In this document: positions 24,438-37,861 of the stretch, piece by piece | Layout: every line of letters begins with the position of its first letter | Numbering within the stretch: position 1 is the first letter of the stretch | Assembly: GCF_006345805.1 (NCBI RefSeq) | Contig: NC_043011.1 | Location: 48,620,464 to 48,684,463 of the forward strand | Length of the DNA stretch: 64,000 nt | Source: Octopus sinensis | Lineage: Eukaryota | Direction of reading: 5' to 3' | Translations under genes and position numbers: made by a program | The notes under the pieces: model-generated | Seen by the model: the letters and a program-made list of their open reading frames with translations, nothing else | Databases searched by the model: none | Told to the model about the DNA's origin: nothing

Positions 24438-25046
24438 TACTGTATTTTAATGTGCATAAGGAACCCCTTTTTTAGAAGAGAATCCAAGACGCACATGCTA
24501 CAATTCAATTGGAATGAATTCTCCATCCTTTTTGTGTGATATAGGCGCAGGAGTGGCTGTGTGGTATAAGCGCAGGAGTGACCTTGGGCAAGTGTCTTCT
24601 ACTATAGCCTCGGACTGACCAAAGCCTTGTGAGTGGATTTGGTTGATGGAAACCGAAAGAAGCCCGTCGTATATATGTATGTGTGTATATGTTTGTGTGC
24701 CTGTGTTTGTCCCCCCAACATTGCTTGACAACCGATGCTGGTGCGTTTACATTCCCATAACATAGCGGTTCAGCAAAAGGAACCGATAGAATAAGTACTA
24801 GGGTACTAGGCTTACAAAGATTAAGTCCTTGTGTCGATTTGCTCGGCTAAAGGCAATGCTCCAGCATGGCCGCAATCAAATGACTGAAACAAGTAAAAGA
24901 GAGTTAAAGAGTATAAAAAATATGGGAGTTTCTTATACATGGACAGTATTATAATCCCTTACAATACCTTTTTCCAAATTTTAAACCCCAAAGTTAGGGA
25001 GTTCCTTATACATGGATGTTACTTCTACACGTTAAAATATGGTGTA
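24438..25046. mobile_element. Degenerate Tc1/mariner-type MITE with nested SINE A
   Basis: Ends tactgtattttaatgtg / cacgttaaaatatggtgta are imperfect inverted repeats; another such end lies at 24385-24400. Confidence 0.5.
24544..24912 (+). mobile_element. SINE family A with rearranged 5' head
   Basis: Head start repeated (gcgcaggagtg twice); B-box region absent. Confidence 0.85.
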
Positions 25047-26119
25047 TATATATATATAACAGATATTTATGCAAGTACACTCACAAACTCAGGATTATAA
25101 ATGGTAAATGGTTTAATAACAAGGAATTTCTGTGTGATATGTCAATATGCAATTTTATTGAAGGCCATGAAACCATGGCAATAAACAGATTTCAGATCTG
25201 ACTTCTATCTATACCAAGCGTTGCTTGCTCCAATTATAACTGATTAACGAATCATAGAAATATATAAAAGAAACCTAGAAATACACACTTATGCAGCTTA
25301 TGTCAGTTCCTGCATTTATATGTGCACCAATTTAGATTAAAGGGAACAAATATAGTGTATATGTGTGAGTATATGCATACATGATATATTAAGCATGTTT
25401 GTGCATACATACATGCAAGCACACAGAGAAATAAATATATGTGTATGTGTGAATTTGGAGGGTATGTTATCCGGACAGATACCATGACGGCTCTCAGTTA
25501 TGTTTCAGATTATGGCTAACTCCATGAATCAGTAATTAACATCTATGACTACTATTAGTTGTCAGTCACTCTGTAAGTTCCTCTCATAGGGAAGGTCATA
25601 AAGACCATAAAAATATGGGGCATGAATTTGTGAAATAAGGGGAAATAGATTTTGGGGATGAACCAGTCTCTGTTTTATATTGTTGTAATTATTGCTGATA
25701 TATATATTTATACACACATACACATACATGATCTTGAAACAGGTGGTGGTGAGTGATTTATCACCCTGCTCATAATATAAACAAGAATTCTTTTACTCAA
25801 CTCACCGAAAGCCATTATCAGAGGTTCTCATGCAGAAACTACTGCAGTATTCTTTGTTCTAACAGTACATCACACTTTTAAATGAGGATAAATATTATCT
25901 ATATAATGTGTATGCATGTGTATACATGCATGTATGTATATGTTTGTGAACATATGATGCATTTTAGTGTCTGTGTGTCCAGACTTTTGAAGAAACTAGT
26001 GGCAGCACCTGTCAGTTCCCCCAATACTTTTCTGAAACACATTCAAACACACTCTCACACATATATATATATGAAGCTCATTCACTGCTACTAAACCAAA
26101 TACCATTGTTTTTATTTAC

Positions 26120-26147
26120 ACACATACACATATAAATATATAGATAT

Positions 26148-26210
<63 letters not shown>

Positions 26211-26531
26211 ATATATATATTTATTGACATATACATCCATGTACATGTATACATACATACATACATATATACCTATAACTAAGTATATATATACACAAAT
26301 ATATATATATATGAGTGTGTGTGTTTGTGTATAAAAATATATACACACATGTATATATACGTTCACAAGATATATAAACATATTTACATATATATGCATA
26401 TGTACACACACACACATATATATATATACATATATTCAAATATACACATATATTTGCATATATACCTATGTTCACATAAACACATATATGAGTGTGTGTG
26501 TGTGTGTATGTTTGTGTGTGTGTGTTTGTGG

Positions 26532-26567
<36 letters not shown>

Positions 26568-26570
26568 TCC
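26120..26570. repeat. Compound (TA)/(CA)/(GT) microsatellite
   Basis: Directly visible. Confidence 0.9.
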
Positions 26571-27651
26571 AGTAAATATACACTTTTATTTCAAAAGTTT
26601 ATCAGTTCCATCTCTATTTTTCATAACATTCAAAGAAAGGGATATATATCTATCTCTAAACTTTTAGAAATATAAAACATATTTTTTCAGTATTTGCTTA
26701 TCTGTCATATCTATATCTATGATGTTTAAAGTCTTTTCCTTCTGTTTTTATTTAATTTTTCATTTTTTTATTTTTGTCTATCTTTATTACAATCCTTTGT
26801 ATTCTTTCACAAATATTTTAATACCTTCTTTTGCTGAATAATTAAAATGCTAAAACCAAAGGAATTTGATCGATATCAAATCAAACTGACCTGAAGCAGT
26901 ATCAGTCTGATTCGATCTCAGAATCCTTTGGCATCAGACTAAATGTTGTGAAGAAAAATATTTAGTTCTCCACTTTTCCATTACTGTATAAAAATATCTA
27001 TTGATTTTACTTGATTGATTCCAACATATGGTTTATTCATCTGACTGACAAAGATTTGTTCACCATAAAAACTCTGGTTAAAGACTCACAGACATAATTT
27101 TCCTCTTTGTGGTTTTTTTTATTCATACTACGGTGTTCTGTGCTGTTCTGAAAAGAAAAAGCCTAACTGTATATTTTCTCAACCCATGCTTCTTTCATCC
27201 ACATGTCTTTTCTCTTTTGGTCATTCCTGCTGTGTCTCTCAATGCATTTGAACTCAGAGCACAAAGTCAGAAGAAATGTCACTAATCATTTTGTCTGATG
27301 CAGTCACAATTCTGCGAGCTCAACTGTTCTTTTAATATTGGTTTCTTTCAGACTACAAGTGCATGTAATTATGATTAAAGTGCCATAACACGCAAGTTAG
27401 CAATGAGGTTCTTCAAAGTTGAATCTGAAATATAGATTCAATTTCCAGTTGAGTTTTCACTTAACATTCTTTCTCACTTAGGTTAATTGTGGTGGTTAGT
27501 ATCTCTAAATAAGAATATTTTTTTATTCCACAATATATTTTCAAGTTGATTGCATATGATTTTGGTGCATATAAGTGAAGACCTGCAAATTAATAGAATT
27601 TATGTCATCAATATAGTACATGTTAACTCAAATGCTAAGATCCAGCCATCA

Positions 27652-27800
27652 GTAATGTGTGTGCAAAGTCTGCTTCCTAACCATATGGTTCCGGGTTCAA
27701 TTTCAATCATGACATCTTGGGCAAGTGTCTTCTACTACAGCTATGGGTCAGCGAGAGTCTTGTGAGTGGATGTGGTAGTTGGAAACTGAAACAAACTTGT
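27652..27800 (+). mobile_element. SINE family A 5' fragment
   Basis: ccatatggttccgggttcaat...tcttgggcaagtgtcttctactac. Confidence 0.75.
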
Positions 27801-28089
27801 CTGATATATATATATATATTTAATAAAATATGCAATAAGTATATCCAGAGGTAATGCAGTACAATCGTTTCAAGCAATCCCTTTTATTTATTTTTTTTGT
27901 CTATCTTTATTACAATCCTTTGTATTCTTTCACAAATATTTTAATACCTTCTTTTACTGAATAATTAAAATTCTAAGCTGAAGTGAAGACAGCATGTTCT
28001 GTGTCTATCTCCTTACCTTCTTGGAGGTTTTAGGTAAAATTATACTAATGTGTCCATCTGTTTTAATTTAATTTAATTTCTATGTCTTT

Positions 28090-28177
28090 ATGCAGCTGAG
28101 GATTGCTCTGCATTTAAATTGATGTAACGATTACATTGTTCAATTAAATGGATCTGCTTGAAACGATCGTATTGCAT
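28090..28177 (+). ncRNA. Type I hammerhead ribozyme candidate with long stem II
   Basis: ATGCAG CTGAGGA ... GAAA CGATCG TA TTGCAT: 6-bp stem I (one G.U), palindromic ACGATCGT, GUA triplet; inner stem II ATTTAAATTGA-TGTAA/TTACA-TCAATTAAAT; basal stem II pairs weak. Confidence 0.55.
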
Positions 28178-29140
28178 TACCTCTGGATATCCTTGTTACT
28201 TATTTTGATTTTAATTACCTTATTTTGAAATTGTATGGATAATACTGTACTAAATTCTGGTGCCTAATTCATCTGAATCTATATATGTGTGTGTGTGTGT
28301 GCGTGCATCTGTGTATGTATGTGTGTTTGTGTGTTTTTGTCTGTGTCTCTATGTACTAGTTGCAAACAAGAGTCACTCTCATACAATCAGCACCTTCATT
28401 TCCAATCTTCTGTGAAAACATACCTGGTCGTGGTGAAATATTACCTTACTTTCAAACAGGTGAGGGCTAGCAACAGGAGTGACATCATGCCATTAGAAAT
28501 TCATATCAACAAATTCCATTCAACCCATGCGAGCTTGGAAAAGTGGGCATTGAATACCAATGATGATGATGAATGAAAAGTTAAATTCATATAAATTCTG
28601 ATTCTTATCAAAAACAGATTGTAAAAGCTGAGATTTTGCCAAGTTGGTCTGATCTCAAAATATAGAACAAAGAAAATTTCTACAGTGCCTAAACAATGAA
28701 ATAAGACTTATTAGGTTTCAAATTTTACTTGTATAAAATTGAAGAATGTAAGAACCAGCTGGAGCATTAAAGCCAGCAGAATAAAATATTTTTATTATTG
28801 ACTACCGACCAAATGGACATTGGCTCAATTTTTATCACTATTTTTGTCCTGTGTCACCTGTCTGGCCCAGATTTGTATCAATAGATTACCTTTGCTTTAT
28901 GTACAGTTATTTTGTTAGTTGGAAGGGGCAGAGCCACTAACCTTTGCAAGACCTTCTAGTATTGTTCTGATTGATACTGTTTGGTGTTCAGCATGACTGC
29001 AGAGAAACCATTGATGCGGAATGAAAAATAACATCTGCAATGAAGAAGTATGTTGTCAGAGCACTATATAATTGCTGAGTGTTTAGTCAACTTTTATGCT
29101 CTTTTATGCATTAACTCTTGCATTTAAAGTAATTCATTGT

Positions 29141-29440
29141 CTGTGGAGGCACATGGCCTAGTGGTTAGAGCAGTGGATTCGTGGTCGAGGGATCACGGGT
29201 TCGAATCTCAGACCGGGCAATGTGTGTGTTTATGAGCGAAACACCCAAGTTCCACGCGGCCCAGGCAGAAGGTAATGGCGAACTTCTGCTGACTCTTTCA
29301 CCACGACTTTCTCTCACTCTTTCCTCCTGCAACTTGCTGCTCACCTGTGACGGACCAGTGTACCATCCAGGTGGGGAACCTATACGCCAAGGAAACCGGG
29401 AAACCGGCCCTTCGAGAAGGAACAAACAAACAACAATTGT
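29141..29440 (+). mobile_element. tRNA-derived SINE family F, near full length
   Basis: tRNA-like head, body with cctgtgacggaccagtgtaccatccagg, (AAAC)n tail. Confidence 0.8.
29154..29208 (+). promoter_or_regulatory. Internal RNA Pol III type 2 promoter (A and B box) of the SINE head
   Basis: A box TGGCCTAGTGG (29154-29164) and B box GGTTCGAATCT (29198-29208), close to the tRNA consensus. Confidence 0.7.
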
Positions 29441-29564
29441 CTGTCTCTCTCTTTCTATGTCTATATGTGTGTGTGTATATGTATACATATAGGTGTGTAT
29501 TTATGTATTTATAAAATAAATACCATACAAGATGAATGCTTAATTTATATAGACTGTCTTTGTC

Positions 29565-29750
29565 AGTGAAACATAACAGGCATCCCGTACACTCTGTGGA
29601 GTGGTTGGCATTAGGTAGGGCATCCAGGCATAGAAACCATGCCAAAACTGAATGGAGTATGGTGGAGCTCTCTGGCTTACCATCTCCAGTTCAGTTAAAC
29701 AGTCGAACCCATGCCAGCATGGAAAACTGATAAATCATTAAATGATGATG
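29565..29750 (+). mobile_element. Diverged family C tail
   Basis: gagtggttggcattaggtagggcatccagg...ccatgccagcatggaaaac. Confidence 0.75.
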
Positions 29751-30139
29751 ACGGTGGTGGTTGTGGTGATGTTGGTGGTGGTGGTGGTGGTGGTGGTGGT
29801 GGAGATGGTGATGGTGGTGGTGGTGGTGGTGGTTGTGGTGGTTTTGATGATCATCGTCTGAACTTTGGCAAGTAAGCAAACGCCTGATGGCAACTGCGAC
29901 TGACTCTGAATGAGGAGACAGAACCAAGAATTATTTACCAGAATTGATATGCTATTAAACAAACAAGAGTGTCTGTTTCTTCTGGAGACAACAGAGCAGC
30001 TGTGGACACAGGCTTCTGCTCACTAACCATGCATCATTTGTGCTGAAGATGTCCAGCATCAACTCCAGCCAGACGTAAGACTTAAGAAGAATGGAGAACA
30101 TCTATGGCCTTGAGTAATTTGCATATACACACACATAAA

Positions 30140-30380
30140 AATACATACATACATATGTACATACATACATACATACATACATACATACATACATACACAC
30201 ATACATAAATACATCCATCCATCCATCCATCCATACATACATACATACATACATACATACATAAATACATACATACATAAATACATCCATCCATCCATCC
30301 ATACATACATACATACATACATACATACATACATACATACATACATGCATACATTCATACATACACACACGCACACACAC
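30140..30380. repeat. (CATA)n/(CATC)n tetranucleotide repeat with internal duplication
   Basis: acatacataaatacatccatccatcc block occurs twice. Confidence 0.9.
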
Positions 30381-30829
30381 AGACACAAGCTCATATACAC
30401 ATAAAATATATAGAGATTCACTTCTGCAAACTGATGCTACAGGACTCAATGCCGAGCAAGTAAAGCCATCTATATATTCTTTCATATACACATAAATCTA
30501 CAGAATTAAGTTCCAGTGCTGAGAGTTTCATGTGTGATACTTATTAAACTAAATAATAAATCACAAGTTTACTTTTTATAAAATATAAAATATAGTTGTT
30601 ATAGAAAATCCAATGAAACTATGAATCGAATGTCACATGGTAACAGCAATATTTTCAAAATCAAACAGTTACTCCTCTGTTAGGCACAGAGAAAGAATAA
30701 ATATAATAAAAGGATTCTTATAGCCATAATAACTTTAAACATAAATACAAATGTATACAAATACACACACACATACCATATATATATATGTATATATATA
30801 CACACACACACACATATATATATAATATA

Positions 30830-30873
<44 letters not shown>

Positions 30874-30892
30874 GTGTGTGTGTATATATTCT

Positions 30893-31255
30893 TTTTCTTG
30901 TTTTTTCTTTTATTTGTTTCAGTCATTTGACTGTGACCATGCTGGAGCACTACTTTTAGGCGAGCAAATCGACCCCAGAACTTATTCTTCGTAAGCCTAG
31001 TACTTATTCTATTGGTCTCTTTGCCGAACTGTTAAGTTACGGGGATATAAACACACCAGCATGGCGGGGGACAAACACAGCTACACACATATACATATAT
31101 GACAGTCTTCTTTCAGCTTCGGTCTACCAAATCCACTCACAAGGCTTTGGTGAGCCGGACGCTATAGTAGAAGACACTTGCCCAAGTTGCACGAAGTGGG
31201 ACTGAACCCGTAACCATGTGGTTCATAAGCAAGCTACTTACCACCCGGCCACATC
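30893..31255 (-). mobile_element. SINE family A
   Basis: Reverse copy. Confidence 0.88.
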
Positions 31256-31298
31256 TGCACCTATATATATATATATATATATCTGTGTGTGTGTGTGT

Positions 31299-31560
31299 AG
31301 TGAAGGTGTATGGCTTAGTGGTTAGGGTGTTCCACTCACAATTGCAAGATCATAGGCTTGATTCCCAGACTGGGCATTGCGTTATGTTCTTGAGCAAAAC
31401 ACTGCATTTCATATTGCTCTGCAATCACTTCTGCATCTGGCATGTGGGACATGGTGCACCTGTACAGGTAATGTCAATCTGATGGAGATAGTGAGTTGAT
31501 GTCTACACAAACATTGATCCCTATAAATGAATCATCTGTGTGTTTGTTTGGTAAGAAATT
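31299..31560 (+). mobile_element. tRNA-SINE (F/G group), diverged
   Basis: tggcttagtggttagggtg head and gttcttgagcaaaacact core. Confidence 0.65.
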
Positions 31561-31609
31561 GTCAAGCCTTCATACATCGCCTAACAACAGGTGAGTTTAT
31601 CATTATTAG

Positions 31610-31908
31610 GTTGCTTACCAACCACATGGTCCTGGGTTCAGTCCTACTTGGGCAAGTATCTTCAGTATAGCCTCGGACCGACCAAAGCCTTGTGAGTGGA
31701 TTTGGTAGATGGAAACTGGAAGAAACCCATCGTATATGTATATATGTGTGTGTGTGCATGTTTGTGTGTCTGTGTTTGTACCCCCAACATCACTTGACAA
31801 CCGATGCTGGTGTGTTTAGGTTCCCATAACTTAGTGATTGGCAAAAGAATCGATAGTATAAGTACTGGGCTTACAAGGAATAAGTCCTGGGGTCGATTTG
31901 CTCAACTA
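31610..31908 (+). mobile_element. SINE family A, partial
   Basis: Family A body. Confidence 0.85.
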
Positions 31909-32828
31909 ATGGAAATCTGACAATGAGTTGATAGGCCAAAACATTGAAGAAACTGTTAACAATATTCTTTAAGAACAATAAATTTGTCCTCTACAATAGT
32001 ATTGACTATCTCATCAGATTAAGGTAAAATTGTTTTTATTATAACTGAACATAAAAACAAATATTATATATATGTATATATATATATACACACATTATAC
32101 GCATATATATATTGTGTGTGTCTGTTTGTTTATATGCATGTATATATATATATATATGTAGGTCCCGGGTTGAGTCGGGGTTAACCACAGTAAATAAGGT
32201 ACTCAATACATAGCAGAGTAAATTAATTTATTTTATAGAAGGAGCTTCTACAGGACTAGAACTGTTTCATTCAAAATATTCGTGTATGTGTAAATATGTG
32301 AATATGAATGTGTGTTTGACCATTTTCTGCCTCTATCTTCCTTATTCCTTACCTATTATCACCATTAACTTGATACTATCTCTGATCGGGATAGTTTGGG
32401 AGCTGATTTTGTTTTCCTCCTTAGATACCCTGATTGCACTTCTAACCAATCTCTCTCCATCTTTCCTTATCTCACCAATAAAATAGCAATAATAAAATTC
32501 CTTAATGGCTATATATGGAAGCATCTACCGAATATACATTCAATTCTTAACTTGGTTTTTGCTTGCCAGTTAACACTGGTTACCATCAATGGATTATATT
32601 ACAGTTTTATTCTGATTATCTAAAGTTACAAGGTGATTAAGCAATTGACTATGTAATAATGGCCAAATGGCTTACTAGGGTACATTTGTGAAACTCATGT
32701 AAAGATTATGCTATTCATGATATTATAATAAAACCACTTTCTAGTCAAATCTCCAGTTTTTTTAATGTATATATATATATATACTTATGTATGTATGTAA
32801 GTGTATATATATATATATACATATATAT

Positions 32829-33264
32829 AGGAGTGGCTGTGTGGTAAGTAGCTTGCTTACCAACCACATGGTTCCAGGTTCATTCGCACTGCATGGAACC
32901 TTGGGCAAGTGTTTTCTACTTTAGCCTTGGGCCAACCAAAGCCTTGTGAGTGGATTTGGTAGACATAAACTGAAAGAAGCCTGTCGTATATATGTGTATA
33001 TATATATATATACATATATATGTATGTATGTGTGTATATGTTTGTGTGTCTGTGTTTGTGTGTCTGTGTTTGTCCCCCCAACATCACGTGACAACCAATG
33101 CTGGTGTGTTTACGTCACCGTAACTTAGCAGTTTGGCAAAAGAGACTGATAGAATAAGTACTAGGCTTACAAAGAATAAGTCCTGGGGTTGATTTGCTTA
33201 ACTAAAGGCGGTGCTCCAGCTTGGCCACAGTCAAATGACTGAAACAAGTAAAAGTGTAAAGAGA
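32829..33264 (+). mobile_element. SINE family A
   Basis: Full-length match. Confidence 0.9.
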
Positions 33265-33659
33265 GGAAATAAATTCCAGACCTGCAAAATAATCCTAGAA
33301 TTAATGGTCCTCAAATTAAACTTTGCAAAGACTGAAGTTTATGTCGAGAAGAAGACAGAACTTTGATACCATCAGGGAAAACTGTCATGCATATTATGCA
33401 TAAAAAAATTGGTAAATTTCCATACAGTGCAGTCAGTGCAAATAATGGAAGCAGAAGAGGTGTAATATAATCTCAGACAGATGGGCAATGAAGGTAAAAT
33501 ACTTATGCAATTGATGCATAAGAATAATTAGTATTAAGAATACACACGAAATACATTCCTTAAAATGCTTACCAAGTTTACAAGAAGTAATTGACAACTT
33601 TTTCTGTCAATGAGAAAGTATTAGATTGAGGATGGGTGTTCCAAAAGCATAGTAACCAG

Positions 33660-33950
33660 GGTAGAAATTGGATGAGGAAAAGTTCAAGGAGCTGGTAACA
33701 AAGGGCTTCTCACTCAAAGTAAAGGCTTTTGCTTGATTGTCACCTGTGTGTGAACTGCATGGCCATGAGATATGGAATTTTAGTGAAGAGGATTTACAAA
33801 GACTACAAAGAAATTGATAACGTTCTCTGCTTCCTGTGTAAGGTACAGGAATAATAGTGTACAAATAAGGTGAAAGAAACATGGGACATGACTGGAATCA
33901 GATATAATGTACAAGAAGTAACACTGTACTGGTATGGACATGTAATATGT
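33660..33950 (+). mobile_element. Degenerate RTE ORF fragment
   Basis: KFKELVTKGFSLKVK followed by decayed ...CV.TA..HG.E.W...WYGHV motifs. Confidence 0.6.
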
Positions 33951-33965
33951 ATAGATGAATACAGC

Positions 33966-34056
33966 TTATAGAAGACACTTGCCCAAGGTGCTATACAGTG
34001 GGACTGAACTGGGAACCATGTTGTTTGGAAGCAAGCTTCTTACCACACAGCCACTC
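33966..34056 (-). mobile_element. SINE family A 5' fragment
   Basis: agaagacacttgcccaaggtgc...cttaccacacagccac. Confidence 0.8.
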
Positions 34057-34123
34057 GCACACACACACACACACACACATGCATGTATCTGTGTGTATAT
34101 CATATATATATATATACATATAG

Positions 34124-34175
<52 letters not shown>

Positions 34176-34177
<2 letters not shown>

Positions 34178-34356
34178 GTAAAAGCACTCACTACACTCAC
34201 AGAGTGGTTGGCGTTAGGAAGGGCATCCAGCTGTAGAAACACTGCCAGATCAGATTGGAGTCTGGTGCAGCCTTCTGGCTTCCCAGACCCCAGTCGAACC
34301 GTCGAACCGATTCTAGCATGGAAAACGGATGATAAACAATGATGATGATGATGATA
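34176..34356 (+). mobile_element. RTE-type 3' tail copy (family C)
   Basis: Family C tail with (GAT)n. Confidence 0.88.
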
Positions 34357-34399
34357 CTGATCCATGTTTTGAATACCAAACATTCAAAACGGATAAGAT

Positions 34400-34530
34400 C
34401 CTTAGAAGAGGGTAACTTAAGAAGGATTGGAACAAAGTGGTGCGGATGATCTCAAGAGAGAGTAACTCTCCATGAAGATAACAAATGACCATGATGAGTG
34501 GTGACACATAGTTGTGGAGAAAGCCCATCT
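34400..34530 (+). mobile_element. Degenerate RTE C-terminal fragment
   Basis: RG*LKKDWNKVV.. resembles RGRPRKTWDEVV of 16748-17149. Confidence 0.45.
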
Positions 34531-34809
34531 GTATAAGTATTGTACAATGCATGTTAAAATTATGGTAGTGACTGGGGGTGGGGCTAAGATATATAATATA
34601 TCTTCATTTGAGTTCAACTTATAAAATGCAACCTGTACACTTTGTAAGGTGGATAGCGTTAAGATGTGTATCCAGTCATACAAACCAAGCCAAAATGGAA
34701 TGCATGGACAAAATATAGTCCTCCAAATCATTTAGGAGAGCAGTAACTTTGAATAAGAATTCCTCAACCCAAACTAACATGGAAGTCAGACATACAACGA
34801 TGACCTTAT

Positions 34810-35340
34810 ATATAAGTGCATGTGTGTGAGTGTTTGTGTGTGCATGTGTGTGTTCTTGTGTGTGTGTGTGTATGACTGTGTTTGATTGTGTATGGGTGCT
34901 TGTGTGTGTATGCATGTTTGATTGTGTGTTTGTGTATGTGTCTTTGTGTGTGTGCGTATGCGTGTGTGTTTGTGTGATTGCATGTGTGTGTGTGTGTATG
35001 CATGTTTGATTGTGTGTGTGTGTATGACTGTTTTTGATTGTGTGTGTGTATGTGTGTTTGATTGTGTGTTTGTATATGTGTCTTTGTGTGTGTGTGTGTG
35101 CATGTCTGTGCGTGTGTGTTTGTTTGATTGCATGTGTGTGTGTATGCATGTTTTATTGTGTATGTGTGTGTTCTTGTGTGCGTATATGATTGTGTTTGAT
35201 TGTGTGTGAGTGTGCTTGTGTGTGCATATGTATGTTTGATTGTGTGTTTGTGTATGTGTTTTTGTGTATATGTGTGCGTGTGTTTGTTTGATTACATGTG
35301 TGTGCATGTTTGTTTGATTGTGTATGTGTGTGTGCCAACA
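34810..35340. repeat. GT-based cryptic minisatellite with recurring tgtttgattg motif
   Basis: gtttgattg recurs about ten times within (GT)n. Confidence 0.85.
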
Positions 35341-36239
35341 AACCCTGGTACTTAAGCCAGGGCATACAATGTTATGAGTCAAAGCCATGCAATTAAAATA
35401 GTTTACGTGTAACATGTAAAGACTCTTTTTCTTTTTTCCCCCTCACGTTTCTCTCATAAAAACGAAAGATTAATATTAAATTCTGATTCACTATATGCAT
35501 TTATACACATACACTTCTTGCATGGCAGCATTCATGCAAGAAGCACCACTGATATATATGCATATACATAATCAGAAAAGTTTGTAGTTGGCAACAAAGA
35601 GAAATTGTAGATACATAAGCAAAATGGTTACATGTTGTATGTGGCACCAAGCCATTTGTTTACTCTGGAGGTCCAGCTGTCAAAGATATTTATTTTGTTA
35701 CATTTACGTTGGTTGTAATTCATAAAAAAAAAAAATCACGGAATACTAATATGTTACTTTATTATTTTTTTCAACCTTTTTTTTTTATTTTCATGAAAAT
35801 GTGCAACAATAAAATGCATGTAATATTATTGATATCTTTAAGAAAAACAAATTTAGTGGTATTCTGGTATTCTATGCTTCTAAGACTTTGCATTGATTTT
35901 CCTTATGCCTTTTCATTTTATTTTTTCTCTTTTGAAACTATCAAAAGTGTAAGTTCTTGAGATTGTAATTAACCTCATCTGCGGAGCAGAGATATGTCTT
36001 TCAATATTTATAGCTACGTCATTGTACATGGTACCAGACTGGATTTGAAATTGGTAAACTGAAAGCAATAACGTTCATAGCCTTGTTGCATGCCACTGAT
36101 AACATGTACATCTAGGAAAGAAGTAAGAATTCCTAGTAAACCCGTTCGAGAACAAAAAACCTGATGATGATCAACAATAAAACAAATCGAAACATAGTGT
36201 ATGTTTGTTTGTGTAGGAGTGTGTGAGTGAGTGAATTTG

Positions 36240-36295
<56 letters not shown>

Positions 36296-36471
36296 TGTGT
36301 GCGTTGGTCACTTGTCCATGAGTCAGTAAAAAGAAAGACACTCAAAATGAAATTTTGAGCAGTAATACTTTATGTAGTTGTGTTGTATTTCCTTGGTTAT
36401 GGAATATAATTAGTCTGCAAGTTACCACTGGTGATATGCTATAACCAAGGAGATACTGCTCAACTACACAA

Positions 36472-37040
36472 TATATATCTATTTTATAAGATCCACTCTG
36501 TCGGTCTGCGTGTGTGTCTTCTAGGATCTTGAGCATCCTCCATCCGATTGCACTCAAATTTGATATGTAGATACCGACTGTATCAGGGTGTGTATAAGTC
36601 TTGAAAAAAATACAAAATTCGATTCCAGGTGAGAAGGCAATCGATAAAGCCATTTTTGTCCTGCTTTTCTTCCATCAACCTGTACATAACTGCACCTTCC
36701 ATTTTTTGTTGTTTTTGTACTGCTTAAATGCACGTTTCTTTCCTGCCAAGCTTACTGTTTAAACCATGTTTGTGTCCTCCCAGTCAACAGCCTTATCATT
36801 ACTGGTACTTTAAACTCTTCAGTTGCATATTTGTGTGAATAAAATCGTTTTTCTTTGGAATAGAAAAAAAGTCTATCTTTATTTCTTCTTTTGCTGGTGT
36901 CTCAAATTTAGGTTAAATCAGTGTTTTACAAAGGGGAGGCCTATGGGACGGTCGGACAAGTTGTTTTGAGAAAATTTGGTTTAAATGTTTGACAACTCAG
37001 CACCGTTCATTGGACGGGGGGGGGCGTTTTGCTCGTATAT
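36472..37040 (+). mobile_element. Helitron/Helentron-associated non-autonomous element (HINE-like)
   Basis: ctgtcggtctgcgtgtgtgt...catccgattgcactcaaatttgatatg start and gcgttttgctcgt end. Confidence 0.5.
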
Positions 37041-37452
37041 ATATATATATATATATATTAAGAGAGAGAGAGAAATTATGAGTTAGAGGTTATGCAACTG
37101 TCTAAGGGATAAATGTATCTGTAGGAACTACTGGTGTATTACCTGACTATGTATAGGTCATGCTGTAAAGTTAACAGTAGTTGGTAACTTAAGGATGACC
37201 ATGGTTTAATATATTCAGATAAGGTAAGAGAAGAAATGGAGCAACATGTAACAATTAGAAGTTGATCGTTATTATTTATTGATCATAATTTAATTATGGT
37301 TAATATAACATTATCGAAGCAAACGATAATGTTATCATAACCATAATTAAGCTATGATGATTAAATACTAATGATCACCTTCTAATTGTTACGTGTTGCT
37401 CCAGTTCTTCTTTTACATTGTATATATATATATATATACATATATATCTATA

Positions 37453-37661
37453 CTCTCTTTTACTTGTTTCAGTCATTTGACTGCGGCCATGCTGGAGCAC
37501 CACCTTTAGTCTAGCAAATCAACCCCAGGACTTATTCTTTGTAAGCCTAATACTTATTCTATAGGTCTCTTTTGCCGAACTGCTAAGTTACAGAGATGTA
37601 AACACACCAGCATCAGTTGTCAAGCGATGTTGGGGGGACAAACACAGACACACATACATAT

Positions 37662-37705
<44 letters not shown>

Positions 37706-37850
37706 ACATATATACAACAGGCTTCTTACAGTTTCTGTCTACCAAATCCCCTCACAAGGCTTAGGTTGGCCTGAGGCTGTAGTAGAAGACACTTGCCCAA
37801 GGTGCCATGTAGTGGGACTGATCCCAGAACCATGTGGTTGGTAAGCAAAC
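37453..37850 (-). mobile_element. SINE family A
   Basis: Reverse copy. Confidence 0.88.
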
Positions 37851-37861
37851 TATATATAAAG

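Noticed and set aside
29860-30110. Possible exon in a unique island between microsatellites
   Set aside because: Candidate frames on both strands are short and unrecognisable
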